Positions 21,211-31,873 of a stretch of DNA of 64,000 nucleotides are shown here, one piece after another. The notes below the pieces were generated by a model that saw only the letters and a list, made by a program, of their open reading frames with translations, was not told where the DNA came from and ran no database searches. Each line of letters starts with the position of its first letter. Positions within the stretch are counted from its first letter, which is position 1. This DNA is from an uncultured Phycisphaerales bacterium (GTDB taxonomy: Bacteria > Planctomycetota > Phycisphaerae > Tepidisphaerales > Tepidisphaeraceae). The position numbers and the translations under genes are program-made. The DNA lies in contig CAVWLP010000002.1 of NCBI GenBank assembly GCA_963755915.1, positions 3,808,001 to 3,872,000 of the forward strand, given 5' to 3'.

Positions 21211-21808
21211 ATGTACGGCTACGAGTACGAGCGTCGGAAGATCGCTAGGCTAAAGGGGACGGACTATCTTTGGCTGGGGATTTTTGGGCAGATCGTCGGG
21301 GGTATGGTGATTTACGGTGCCGATGATGCGGGGAGCACGATCAGCATCGTGGGGCAGGGGATTTTGATTCTTTTTACCGGCGTCCTGGTGGGGGGATGCG
21401 CGAAATTTGTGCGGTATTACGGGATGAACCGGTGGTGGGCGCTGCTGGGGATTTTTAATGTGGTCGGGGTTGGGCTGCTGATCGACCTGCCGCGGTGGGG
21501 CAGGGGAAAAAATCGGGGGCCGGGGTTTGACGTGGAATTTGCCGAGCCGTACCGGCGCGATGTCTGGAGAATGGATGTGCGGGTGAAGCTCGACGAGATT
21601 GCCGCGGCGAACGTGCGCGAGCCGATCATGCTCCAGGTTCCGCGCGGGGCGAACGTGGGCTCGGCGATGAAGGTTCTGGCGGCGGTCATCCCCGGGCTTT
21701 TCGAGGGAGAGCTGCCGGGGGCGGGGTATTGGATCAATGGGGTGAGGGCGGACCGGCGCGGAATTGAGCGACGGGGATGAGCTTATTGTTCGCATGACGG
21801 ACGGCTGA
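21211..21808 (+). CDS. Membrane protein with possible C-terminal MoaD/ThiS-like domain (frameshift ~21755)
   Basis: 3 TM segments. C-terminus YWINGVR...ELSDGDELIVR after the frameshift. Confidence 0.5.
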
Positions 21809-21945
21809 TAGTTGCCGGTTGAGTGCAACTGGGGCCTCTCCGGCGCATTCATTAACTTGACATAGATGGAGCATCAACGTACTTATCTGCCTCTTGCTGG
21901 ACCGCAGCGGTTGTGTCCGGTCGTTGAAATTCAGAGGGTTGTAGC

Positions 21946-22941
21946 GTGATAGCGGTGCGTCAGTTGACCAAGGCATACGGTCAGACCTTGGCGGTGGATC
22001 ATATCTCTTTCGAAGTGCCCAAAGGGCAGATCGTTGGATTCCTCGGACCGAACGGGGCGGGCAAATCGACTACGCTGAAAATGTTGACCTGCTATCTGCC
22101 GCCCACCAGCGGTGGGGCGACGGTGAATGGTTTCGATATTTTTCACCAGTCGGAACAGGTTCGGGAAAATCTGGGATATCTGCCGGAAAATGTGCCGTTG
22201 TATGGAGAGATGAAAGTTCGTGAATATCTGGATTACCGGGGCCGGCTTCGGAAGATGCCGCGGGTGGATCGGATGCGGCGGATGGAATATGTCCTGGAGC
22301 GCTGCTGGCTGAAGCCGGTGGAGCGGAAGACGATCAGCCATCTGTCCAAGGGGTATCGGCAGCGGGTGGGATTGGCGGATTCATTGCTGCACAACCCTGC
22401 GGTGTTGATTCTCGACGAGCCGACGGTGGGGCTGGATCCGACGCAAATTCGCGAGACACGGAAATTGATCCGTGATCTGGCGGGGCACCATACCGTAGTG
22501 CTTTCGACGCATATTTTGCCGGAGGTGGAGGCGTCGTGCGATCGGGCGATCGTGATTTCGGCGGGAAGGATCGTGGCGCAGGGCTCGCCGGATGAGCTGC
22601 GGGCCAGCCGGCGGCTGACGGCGCGGGTGCTGGTGGAATGCCGGGGGCCCAAGGCGGAAATTGAATCGACCCTCGCGCGTGTAAGCGGGGTAAGCAAGGT
22701 TGAGATTCTCAATGGAACACCATCGGACGGGCAGACAGTGGTCGCTGCGCTGCGTGCCAAGGATGGGTATGACATCCGCGAGGAGGTGGCGCGGACGGTG
22801 ATTCAGAAGGGGTGGCCGCTTCGCGAAATTCGACTCGAGCATGCGACCCTGGAAGAATTCTTCGTGCAGGTGACGGCCGAACAAGCCGCCGCCAGGGCAG
22901 CATCCGGGGCACAGGTAACTTCAGGTTTCGATCAAGTATGA
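21946..22941 (+). CDS. ABC transporter ATP-binding protein (GldA-like)
   Basis: GPNGAGKST, LSKGYRQRVGLA, ILDEPT. Confidence 0.93.
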   Translation: MIAVRQLTKAYGQTLAVDHISFEVPKGQIVGFLGPNGAGKSTTLKMLTCYLPPTSGGATVNGFDIFHQSEQVRENLGYLPENVPLYGEMKVREYLDYRGRLRKMPRVDRMRRMEYVLERCWLKPVERKTISHLSKGYRQRVGLADSLLHNPAVLILDEPTVGLDPTQIRETRKLIRDLAGHHTVVLSTHILPEVEASCDRAIVISAGRIVAQGSPDELRASRRLTARVLVECRGPKAEIESTLARVSGVSKVEILNGTPSDGQTVVAALRAKDGYDIREEVARTVIQKGWPLREIRLEHATLEEFFVQVTAEQAAARAASGAQVTSGFDQV

Positions 22942-23657
22942 GACGCGCAACAGTCATAGCCCGCCGGGAACTTCTCAGCTATTTCTTCTCGCCGATTGCG
23001 TACGTGGCGATGTTTGTTTTTCTATTGGCGTGCGCCTTTACGTTTTGGGACGATTTTCAGCCCGGCGAAATCGCGGGGATGAGGAATCTGTTTAACTGGA
23101 TGGTGTGGCTGCTGGTTTCGATTATTCCGCTCCTTTCGATGGGGCTATTGGCCCAGGAATGGTCGAGCGGGACCATTGAGACGCTGATGACCGCGCCGGT
23201 TCAGGAAGTCGAAGTGGTGCTGGGAAAATTTCTGGGTTCGTTTGCATTTTTCATCGTGATGCTCGCCCCAACGCTGCTGTATGTGGCGGTGCTGGCGATG
23301 TATGCGACGCCGCGGATTGATTTTGGGCCGATCGCCAGCGGGTATCTGGGGATTATCCTGATCGGGGGCCTGTTTATTTCGATCGGGCTTTTCTGCTCAT
23401 CGCTGACGCGGAGCCAGATCGTGGCGGCTGTCGCGACGGCCGCCGTGCTTTTTGCGATTACGATCGTGCCGTGGTGGGCGAGCGGGAAATTGCTTTCCCA
23501 GACGTGGGTGACGATTCTCAATCAATCGGTCTTTAAGCGTTACACGGATTTCAGCCGGGGGATTATTGATTCGGGGCACTTGGTTTTTTTCATTCTGACG
23601 ACAGCGGTGTTTTTGTTTTTCACGACGAAGGTCATGGAATCGCGGCGGTGGAAGTAG
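22938..23657 (+). CDS. ABC-2 permease (GldF-like)
   Basis: RELLSYFFSPIAY, EWSSGTIETLMTAPV, LGKF. Confidence 0.9.
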   Translation: MRRATVIARRELLSYFFSPIAYVAMFVFLLACAFTFWDDFQPGEIAGMRNLFNWMVWLLVSIIPLLSMGLLAQEWSSGTIETLMTAPVQEVEVVLGKFLGSFAFFIVMLAPTLLYVAVLAMYATPRIDFGPIASGYLGIILIGGLFISIGLFCSSLTRSQIVAAVATAAVLFAITIVPWWASGKLLSQTWVTILNQSVFKRYTDFSRGIIDSGHLVFFILTTAVFLFFTTKVMESRRWK

Positions 23658-23674
23658 CGATGGGGAAATAAGCG

Positions 23675-25861
23675 ATGACGGATAGCACGGATAAAAAATC
23701 GGAGATGACGCTGGCCGCGCCGGAATCGCAGCGGCAGAGGTGGATTCACTACGGCACCAACGTGGGGCTGTCGTGCCTGATTGTGATCGCGCTGGCGTTC
23801 ATGATCACCTGGATGGCCCAGTCGCGGGCGAGCCGGATTGATACCACGGTGGGGGGGTCGCAGAGCCTTCGGCCGCAGTCGGTGGATTTTATCCAGAAGC
23901 TGACGATTCCGATTCGAATTGTTGCGCTTTATCCGAAGCTGAAAGAGAATGCGCAGGAGCAGGATACCTATCAGCCGGTGGCGGATTTGCTCACCGAGTA
24001 TCAGACCAAGGGGCGGAACATCACGACGGAAGTGATTGATCCGGATACGGAGAAAGACGCCTTCAACAAGCTGGTTGCCGAGGTGACGAACAAGTTCGGC
24101 GGCGAGGTGAAGGGGTATAAGGCGATCTTGGACACGGTGCCGGACGTGAACACGGCGCTCGACAAGTTTTTGACCGACCAGGTGGAAAAGTTTAAGGCGC
24201 TGCCATACGACCAGATCACGGACCAGCAGCTCGCGCAGGATGTGAACGCGGCATATCTGACGCTCGTATTGGCACACCAGCAGCTTTCAAATTTGAAAAC
24301 GGCGATCGATTCAGACGTGAACCAGCAGGTTCCCAGCTACAAGGACGCGGTGGACGATACGCGGACGGCCTACTCGAATATGTCGCAGCTTCTTCAGCAG
24401 TTTTCGCAGGTGGTGGGGTCATTCAAAACCAATCCCACGCTGGCGAAGCTGCCGCAGTTCGTGGCATACGGGCCGGCGGCGGCAGCGGCCGCGGATGACG
24501 CGAGGAAAAAGGCGGATGGGGTCGTCGATCAGATCAACAAGCTGCCGGCGTTGACCGAGCTCGATGAATTCAAGCAGGATCTGAAGACCAAGTCGATCAT
24601 TGTGATGTCGGACAGCGGGTACAAGATTCTGCAGGCGGACCAGGTCTGGCAGAAGCTGCCGGAGTCTGCGCAGTATCAGGCGGCGGCCGCCGATGCGCAG
24701 CCGCGGCTGAGCTTTGACGGGGAGCAGCAGATAACTGCCGCGATTGTGTCGCTGACGAATCCCGGGCAGCGGATGGTGGTCTTTGTGCGGGCCGGTGGTC
24801 CGCCGCTGGCGTCGGCGCAGTCGCCCGATCAGCAGCCGCCGTTTGCGTCGATCGCCGCGCGGCTGAGGGAAGATAATTTCGACGTGGAAGAGAAGGACGC
24901 CAGCGGCCAGGCGGCGATGAACCAGGACAACCCGATGTCGGAGCCGACCGATGCCCAGATGAAGGGGGCGATCTGGGTGGTGGTGCGGTTTCAGAATGAT
25001 ACGCAGCCCGATCAGCCGTCGCCGCTGAATGCGATGCTGGAGGAGCATCTGAATTCGGGCGGATCGGCGATGGTAATGCTCTTCCCGACGGCGGATTCAA
25101 TGGAGCAAGCACTGACGCCAATGGGAATTGAAGCGAAGACCGACGAAGTGTTGGTTCACGAGGCGCTGCCCATGCCACAGCGGCAGTCGAGCGATTTTGT
25201 CGAGAACGCCGTGCAGGCGAGCCAGGCGGTTTTCAAGCTGAACATGTACGGAGATCATCCCATCACGACGCCGCTGGAGGGATTGGATTTTCTCACGGCA
25301 GCGTCGGTGCCGATCGCGATTTCAGAAACAGCGCCTGCCGGCGTTCATGCCACGCCGCTGCTGCCGCTGCCACTGGTTCCGCATTTCTGGGCGAGCGCGG
25401 ATGCGTCGTCGGTAATGAGCGCGGACCATCCCAAGGTGGTTTTCAATCCCAGGCCCGATCCGGAATCGGGGCGGATGTTTGGCGATATCGACAACACCGA
25501 AGACAATCGTTTGCACGCGGCCGCGGCTTCCGAATCTCCCAACGGGTCGCGGCTAGTGGTGGTGGGTAGCTACATTTTCGCGATCAATTACCTCGTCGAT
25601 CTTCCCGATCAGGAGATGCTTGAACACGGCCTTCCCGTGGCGCGGCTGCCGGGCAACGAGGCGTTTTTCGCCAACAGCGTTTTGTGGCTGGCGCATGAGG
25701 ATGGGATGCTGGCGATCGGTCCGCACGCCCTCCAGGTGCCGCGAATCCGCGAGATGACCACGGCGTCGCTGAATTTCTGGAGGCTGGGCGTTTTGGCGCT
25801 GGGATTGCCCGTGCTAACCGTTCTGGGCGGGATTTTCGTCTACGCCCGGCGGCACGATTGA
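23675..25861 (+). CDS. GldG-like ABC auxiliary protein
   Basis: N-terminal TM with RIDTT...SLRPQS, GEQQIT.AI, HPIT, GSRLVVVG, N..FF.NSV.WL, C-terminal TM. Confidence 0.8.
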   Translation: MTDSTDKKSEMTLAAPESQRQRWIHYGTNVGLSCLIVIALAFMITWMAQSRASRIDTTVGGSQSLRPQSVDFIQKLTIPIRIVALYPKLKENAQEQDTYQPVADLLTEYQTKGRNITTEVIDPDTEKDAFNKLVAEVTNKFGGEVKGYKAILDTVPDVNTALDKFLTDQVEKFKALPYDQITDQQLAQDVNAAYLTLVLAHQQLSNLKTAIDSDVNQQVPSYKDAVDDTRTAYSNMSQLLQQFSQVVGSFKTNPTLAKLPQFVAYGPAAAAAADDARKKADGVVDQINKLPALTELDEFKQDLKTKSIIVMSDSGYKILQADQVWQKLPESAQYQAAAADAQPRLSFDGEQQITAAIVSLTNPGQRMVVFVRAGGPPLASAQSPDQQPPFASIAARLREDNFDVEEKDASGQAAMNQDNPMSEPTDAQMKGAIWVVVRFQNDTQPDQPSPLNAMLEEHLNSGGSAMVMLFPTADSMEQALTPMGIEAKTDEVLVHEALPMPQRQSSDFVENAVQASQAVFKLNMYGDHPITTPLEGLDFLTAASVPIAISETAPAGVHATPLLPLPLVPHFWASADASSVMSADHPKVVFNPRPDPESGRMFGDIDNTEDNRLHAAAASESPNGSRLVVVGSYIFAINYLVDLPDQEMLEHGLPVARLPGNEAFFANSVLWLAHEDGMLAIGPHALQVPRIREMTTASLNFWRLGVLALGLPVLTVLGGIFVYARRHD

Positions 25862-25890
25862 ATCAGCACGCGTGAATATGGGCTTGCGAG

Positions 25891-27366
25891 ATGAATTTTA
25901 AAACAACGATTGTTTTGCTTGTAGCGCTGGTTGTCGTGGGGATCATGTTTTACTTCAACATGAATCGCCCCAGCAGCGCGGTACCGGACCAGGAGCAACC
26001 CGCCGCGGCAGGCGAGGGTCCGAAGATCATCAAGCTTGCCGGCGATGATGTGACGAGCATCACGATTACCGATGCCGCCGACAATCGCACGGCCGTACAC
26101 AAAGATGGTGCGACCTGGCAGATGACCGAGCCGGTGAGCGCCGGGGCGGTGGATTGGCAGACGACGGATTTGATTCGCACGATTTGCGAATTGCGCTCCC
26201 AGGGTCGACCGGATGCGTCGCCGAGCGACAGTGGGTTGAATACGCCGAGCTTCAAAGTCGATCTGCTGACCAGTGACGGACGCTCAACCCGGCTGGTGCT
26301 GGGGGCCAAGACCGGGATCGGGGACGACATGTATGCTCAGGTCGATGGGGGGGACGTGAATTTGGTCGATTCGAGCCTTGCCAAGAGTTTGAAGACCGCG
26401 GCGAACGATTTGCGCGACAAGCACCTGCTGCCGCAATCGACGACGGCGGATTACAAACAGATTACGATCGAAACGCCCGGGCAGACGCTGAAGGTGGTGA
26501 AGAGCGGAGACAAGTGGACGATCACGTCGCCCCTACAGATTCCCGGGGACACGGATTCGATTACGTCGCTGACCTCTGCGATTACCGGCGCGGAGGCGAC
26601 CGAGTTCGTCGATCAGAATTCGGATGAGGCGGCTTTCGAGGGATTTAATCATCCAACGATGAAGATTACCCTCAGCACGGAAGCGCCCAGCACGCAGCCG
26701 AGCACCGAGCCTTCGACGCCGCTGACGTTGACGATCGGTTCGGCCGACAGTCTTACTCGCGATCATTATTTCGTGCAGACATCAGATGGGCTGGTTGGGA
26801 AGATCGATCGCTCGACGTTGGAGAGCTTGCAGAAGACGCCGCTGGATTTGCGGGACCGGGAGGTTTTCGCGGACCCGCCGGCGGAAGTGTCGAAGATTTC
26901 CTTGGTGAAGGCGGTTTATCCGACGTCTTCATCGACGCAGCCGTCCAGTCCCGTGCAGCGGCCGACGTTTACGCAACTGACCGTGCTGGAGCGGCGGATG
27001 CCGACGGTCCAGGCGATCGGACCCAAGCCCAAGGCGACGACGGCTCCTTCGACCCAGCCGCAGTCGACCTGGCAATTTGCGATTCCAAAGGAGCCTGACC
27101 GGCAGGTGGATGATGTGAAGGTCGATGCGCTGCTTGAGAAGTTCAACCCGTTTAAAGCGGATAAATACCTGGCAACCGCGCCGACAACGGGGGTCGATCA
27201 GAGGTATGTGCTGACCCTGGAATCGCCCTCGCTGAAGCATTATCATGTTGAGATCGTTCGTCCTGCCGGCGTCGGAACGCCGTATGCTGAATATGGGGGG
27301 CTAACGTTTGAAATTCCTTCGACGATTCTCGACGCCCTGGACGTTGATTTCCACAAGACGCCCTGA
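25891..27366 (+). CDS. DUF4340 domain protein
   Basis: MNFKTTIVLL signal/TM, W.MTEPV, DLRDK/DLRDR repeats, STQP linkers. Typical fourth gene of this operon type. Confidence 0.8.
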   Translation: MNFKTTIVLLVALVVVGIMFYFNMNRPSSAVPDQEQPAAAGEGPKIIKLAGDDVTSITITDAADNRTAVHKDGATWQMTEPVSAGAVDWQTTDLIRTICELRSQGRPDASPSDSGLNTPSFKVDLLTSDGRSTRLVLGAKTGIGDDMYAQVDGGDVNLVDSSLAKSLKTAANDLRDKHLLPQSTTADYKQITIETPGQTLKVVKSGDKWTITSPLQIPGDTDSITSLTSAITGAEATEFVDQNSDEAAFEGFNHPTMKITLSTEAPSTQPSTEPSTPLTLTIGSADSLTRDHYFVQTSDGLVGKIDRSTLESLQKTPLDLRDREVFADPPAEVSKISLVKAVYPTSSSTQPSSPVQRPTFTQLTVLERRMPTVQAIGPKPKATTAPSTQPQSTWQFAIPKEPDRQVDDVKVDALLEKFNPFKADKYLATAPTTGVDQRYVLTLESPSLKHYHVEIVRPAGVGTPYAEYGGLTFEIPSTILDALDVDFHKTP

Positions 27367-27758
27367 TGCCGCGCGAGCTGGGGAAAAAATCGATTCTTAC
27401 TGAGGCGCAAATTGCCCGGCCGCGCACGATCCTTGATGTATTTCCCAATCCAAGGATGGGGCGGAATTACGAGATTCGGTTTGCATTTCCGGAATTCACC
27501 AGCGTCTGTCCGGTGACGGGGCAGCCGGATTTTGCGACGATTACGATCACATACGTTCCGCGGCGGTTCTGCGTGGAGATGAAGAGCTTGAAGCTCTATT
27601 TCTTCGCCTATCGCAACAAGGGGATTTTTTACGAGGCGGTCGTGAACACCATCCTGGACGATCTGGTTGCGGTGCTCAAGCCGCGGAAGATGACCGTGGT
27701 TGGCGATTTTGCAGTGCGCGGGGGAACTGCGGGGACAGTTACGGCCAGTTATCCCTGA
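27366..27758 (+). CDS. queF: NADPH-dependent 7-cyano-7-deazaguanine reductase (preQ1 synthase)
   Basis: PEFTSVCPVTGQPDFA, VEMKSLKLY, RGG. Confidence 0.92.
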   Translation: MPRELGKKSILTEAQIARPRTILDVFPNPRMGRNYEIRFAFPEFTSVCPVTGQPDFATITITYVPRRFCVEMKSLKLYFFAYRNKGIFYEAVVNTILDDLVAVLKPRKMTVVGDFAVRGGTAGTVTASYP

Positions 27759-28397
27759 TCAATAACGGAGGGTAATGAAGGCACCGACGCGGAGTTCCTG
27801 GCCGACGTCTCCCAATGCGCCGAACCCGCCAAAAGCGGCGATGTAGCCGACTTCACCGCCGATGGAGAAAGGTCCCTGGCTGTATCCGACTTGTACCGAA
27901 GGGTGGATGTCGAAGGCGGCGCCGGTGTGGTTGTAGGTCTGGAAATACGTAAAGCCGTTGATTTCGGGGGTTGCCGTGTCGATGGAATAGTTGTCGATCA
28001 AAAGTCCCGCGCCGATGCGCGGCCTCACGAAAACGCCCTGCAGGCCGGGGATCCGAATGCGAAGCGCCAGGCGGGGTTCTATCTCATAGTTTCCGCTGTC
28101 TGACCAGAGATTCGTCTGGTAGAGGTTTCCGAACCTGTCGATAGCGGTGTAGTTGGTGGAATCCCAATAACCCGAACCGCTGATGCCAACACCGACATAG
28201 GTGGGCAAGGCAAGCTGTGGAATTCGCCAGGCGAAATCGCCGTCGACGTACGCGCCGTCCTTGCCGAAGGAGAGCCCCCCGGTTTTGTCAGGGAAAAAAT
28301 GTGAATAGCCCCCTGAGAGCGTGGCGTCAAAAAACTGGGCCGAGGCGAAGGAACTGCACAGCAACAAACCCGTTAAAAAAGCCAGTGCTCGTTTCAT
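27759..28397 (-). CDS. Probable outer-membrane beta-barrel protein
   Basis: Signal peptide (ASA), amphipathic strands, C-terminal aromatic residue (LRY). Confidence 0.65.
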   Translation of the reverse strand: MKRALAFLTGLLLCSSFASAQFFDATLSGGYSHFFPDKTGGLSFGKDGAYVDGDFAWRIPQLALPTYVGVGISGSGYWDSTNYTAIDRFGNLYQTNLWSDSGNYEIEPRLALRIRIPGLQGVFVRPRIGAGLLIDNYSIDTATPEINGFTYFQTYNHTGAAFDIHPSVQVGYSQGPFSIGGEVGYIAAFGGFGALGDVGQELRVGAFITLRY

Positions 28398-28572
28398 GAC
28401 TGGAAATTATGCCCCACGGTCGCCAGTGGAGTCAACGCCGAATAGACGCCCCTTCAGGTTACCAGTCCGACTTACTGTCGTGGGAAAGACTTGAATACGT
28501 CAATTCTGCGTCGCCAGGAATGGGGCACGGCATTTGCCACGTGATTTACAACATTAACCAAGGAGCATTCGC

Positions 28573-28791
28573 ATGAGCCCTCCACGAATCATCGGAATTG
28601 TTCTTCTGATCGTCGGCGTGATCGTCATGATCTGGGGAATGAACGCCTCGAATTCGGTGGCCGACCAGGTCAGTAACACCTTCACCGGTCGATTCACACA
28701 GACCACAACGTGGTACATCATCGGCGGCATCGCTTCGGCGGTGCTTGGACTCGTGCTGACGGTGTTTGGAGCCAGCGGCAAGGGCGTGTGA
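28573..28791 (+). CDS. DUF3185 family small membrane protein
   Basis: RIIGIVLLIVG...SVADQVS.TFTGRFT..T.WYIIGG, AAGGAG RBS. Confidence 0.8.
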   Translation: MSPPRIIGIVLLIVGVIVMIWGMNASNSVADQVSNTFTGRFTQTTTWYIIGGIASAVLGLVLTVFGASGKGV

Positions 28792-28872
28792 AGATCCGCG
28801 CGTTGGGGGCGCTTCGGAACCAACCCGCGCCGATTCGCATCAAATTGCAATCGCGGATAATCTTTCGCCCCT

Positions 28873-29811
28873 ATGGCGGAGACCAACAGCGCTGATGCGC
28901 CGCCGCTGTTCAAACTCGACGGCGTAACCAAGACCTACGGCGCGGTCACCGCGCTCGACGGCCTTTCCATCTCCGTTCCCAGCGGAGCCGTGGGGCTTCT
29001 AGGGCCCAACGGGTCGGGCAAAACGACGATGATCCGCGTTTTGCTCGGGCTGATTGCCATCGATTCTGGTTCCGGAAACATTCTGGGGATGGATTTTCGC
29101 GATCGGCAACTCGACATCCGCCGCGAGGTGGGATTCGCGCCGGAAGATGAGTGCCTTTTCCCCCAGGTCGACGGGATCGGCTTCGTGACCTATGCGGGGG
29201 AGTTGGTCGGCATGCGCTCCAAGGACGCCATGCAGCGGGCGCATGAAGTGCTCGATTATGTGGGGCTCGGCGAGGCGCGGTATCGCAAGGTCGATTCCTA
29301 TTCCTCGGGGATGAAACAGCGCCTCAAGCTGGCCTCGGCGATCGTACACGATCCCAAGCTGCTGATTCTCGATGAACCAACCAATGGAATGGACCCGGCG
29401 GGACGCGAAGAAGTTCTCCAGCTTGCCCGAGATCTCTCTTCCAACAAGGGGATGAGCCTTTTATTTTCCAGCCATCTGCTTCCCGATGTCGAGGCGGTTT
29501 GCGATTTTATCGTGGTCCTCGGGCCCGGGAAACTGCTGACCCAGGGGCCGATCCAGAAGCTCAAGGAGATCCACGACCGCTGCTTCGAAGTGCGCCTGAA
29601 GGCAGACGAGCAAGTCTTTGCCCGGCGGCTGGCCGCGCTGGGGTGTACGGCCGAGATGCGCGATGATCTCCTCTTCGTGCAGATACCGCAGGGGCAATCT
29701 ACGCGGATGCTCTGGCAGACCGCGGCCGAGAATAATCTTCAGATCCGATATCTCCGTCCGCAGCGCAGCACGCTGGAAGAAGTCTTCCTCAAAGCAGTGG
29801 AGAAGACCTGA
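28873..29811 (+). CDS. ABC transporter ATP-binding protein
   Basis: GPNGSGKTT, YSSGMKQR, ILDEPT. Confidence 0.93.
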   Translation: MAETNSADAPPLFKLDGVTKTYGAVTALDGLSISVPSGAVGLLGPNGSGKTTMIRVLLGLIAIDSGSGNILGMDFRDRQLDIRREVGFAPEDECLFPQVDGIGFVTYAGELVGMRSKDAMQRAHEVLDYVGLGEARYRKVDSYSSGMKQRLKLASAIVHDPKLLILDEPTNGMDPAGREEVLQLARDLSSNKGMSLLFSSHLLPDVEAVCDFIVVLGPGKLLTQGPIQKLKEIHDRCFEVRLKADEQVFARRLAALGCTAEMRDDLLFVQIPQGQSTRMLWQTAAENNLQIRYLRPQRSTLEEVFLKAVEKT

Positions 29812-30950
29812 TGCCGATTTTCGATCAGGGGTATCAACACTGGTCCGGCAAGCTTTCGGGACACGGCTGGCGCTGGCTGGCCATCACCCGCCACGGCGTT
29901 CGCGTCGGGATGAAAAATCGCTTCGTGCGATATTTGCTCTACTCATCCTGGGTTCCGGCCCTGGCGCTGGTGACCATGCTGAGCCTGTGGGGATTGCTGG
30001 AGCGGCGCTCGAATCTCATCACCACCTTCGTCCAGTTCATGGAATTTCTTCAGCCGGGCATGGTCGCTGATCCGCAGCATTTCCGCATCGACGTCTGGCG
30101 GCTGTCGTATGGATATTTTCTCAAGACCGAGCTTTGGTTTTCGATGATCATGATCCTTCTGATCGGACCGAGCCTCATCAGCCAGGATTTGCGCTTCAAT
30201 GCACTGCCCCTCTATTTCTCCCGCCCGCTGCGGCGAGTGGATTATTTCGTCGGCAAACTCGGCGTGATCGTTGCCTTCGTTGGATTGGTCATGATCGTCC
30301 CCTCGGTCGTGGCCTATATCTTCGGCCTCCTTTTCAGCCTCGATATCACCATCATCCGCGACACCTTTGGAATCCTTCTCTCCAGCATTTTGTATGGCCT
30401 GATCATCACCCTCTCGGCCGGTCTGCTGATCCTCGCCCTCTCGGCCCTGTCGCGCAGCTCGCGATACGTAGCGCTCTTCTGGCTGGGGATCTGGTTTGTC
30501 AGCGGGATCACCGCGTCGATTTTGCAGGACGTCAACAGCCAGCAGCGCCGCTTCGCATATTACCGCCAGATCAGCGTCACCCGCCCATCCGATTCCGCCG
30601 CACTCTCCCGCGACGATCGCACGCGCCAGATGCGCGCCTGGCGCCAGGCGCGGCAACGCGCACAGGTCGAATATCGCATCGGAGAACTGGAATATTCGAA
30701 AACGGACTGGCGGCCGCTGGTCTCCTACACCTCCGACCTGACTCGAATCGGCCAGTGCTTCTAAGAACCAATGAAACCTGGCAAAGAATCAGCCTGCTTC
30801 AGGCCGACCCACTGGCGCGATCAACTGCTGGCGGCCTACATGGGGCCGCAGTTTCCCTGGTACTGGTCGGCGGGTGTTTTGTTCGGTTTATCACTGATTT
30901 CACTGTGGATTCTAACCCTCTCCATCAAGTCGCTGGATCGTCTGAAATGA
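29811..30950 (+). CDS. ABC transporter permease (frameshifted near 3' end)
   Basis: MPIFDQGY, DLRFNALPLYFSRPL. The final TM ends at TGA 30950, coupled to the next ATG. Confidence 0.8.
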
Positions 30951-31873
30951 AGCCCGTCGTTGCCTTCCACGAGGTTTCCAAGTGGTACGGCAACGTCATC
31001 GGCCTCAATAAGCTGACGATCCAAATTCCTCCCGGCGTCACTGGCCTTCTGGGGCCCAATGGCGCGGGGAAATCGACCCTCCTGCAACTGGCAACCGGTC
31101 AGCTTCGGCCCAGCCAGGGCACGGTCCTCGTCCTGGGCGAGCCAATCTGGAACAACCCCTCCCTCAACGCGCGCATCGGCCTGTGCCCGGAGCAGGACGC
31201 GTTTTACGAATGGATGAGCGGATGGGATTTCGTGCTGACATGCGCCCGGCTTGGCGGAATGCCGCGAAAACTCGCCCGCGACGCGACCGCTCGGATTCTG
31301 GACGCCGTCGGAATGACCCGGCACAAGGACCGCGCGATTCGTGGATATTCCAAAGGCATGCGGCAGCGAACCAAGATGGCCCAGGCCCTCGTTCATAATC
31401 CCGATGTCCTCTTTCTCGACGAGCCGATGACCGGCACCGATCCCCTCGCCCGGCGCGATCTCATGGACATCGTCCAGCGGCTCGGCGCCGAAGGGGAAAC
31501 CATCGTCGTTTCCAGCCACGTCCTGCATGAAGTGCAGTCGGTTACACCGAACATCGTGCTCCTCAATCACGGCCGCTTGCTCGCCGAGGGCCACGTGCGG
31601 CAGATTCGCGATCTCATCGACAATCATCCGCATCGGATCGTATTGATGTGCGAAAACTGCCGGAAGCTCGCTCAGCGGCTGGTGGCATGGGAGGATGTGG
31701 ATGGGATTCAGATTTTGGCCGGCCAAAAGGGCATCCTCGTGGAAACACGAATGCCCGACCAGTTTTACGCTCGCCTCCCCCAGCTTTCGCTCGAAGACGG
31801 AACCGCGATCGGCGAGGTCTATTCCGAGGACGACAACCTCGAAGCGGTCTTCAAATATCTGGTGACGAAATGA
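30947..31873 (+). CDS. ABC transporter ATP-binding protein
   Basis: GPNGAGKST, YSKGMRQR, FLDEP. Confidence 0.93.
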   Translation: MKPVVAFHEVSKWYGNVIGLNKLTIQIPPGVTGLLGPNGAGKSTLLQLATGQLRPSQGTVLVLGEPIWNNPSLNARIGLCPEQDAFYEWMSGWDFVLTCARLGGMPRKLARDATARILDAVGMTRHKDRAIRGYSKGMRQRTKMAQALVHNPDVLFLDEPMTGTDPLARRDLMDIVQRLGAEGETIVVSSHVLHEVQSVTPNIVLLNHGRLLAEGHVRQIRDLIDNHPHRIVLMCENCRKLAQRLVAWEDVDGIQILAGQKGILVETRMPDQFYARLPQLSLEDGTAIGEVYSEDDNLEAVFKYLVTK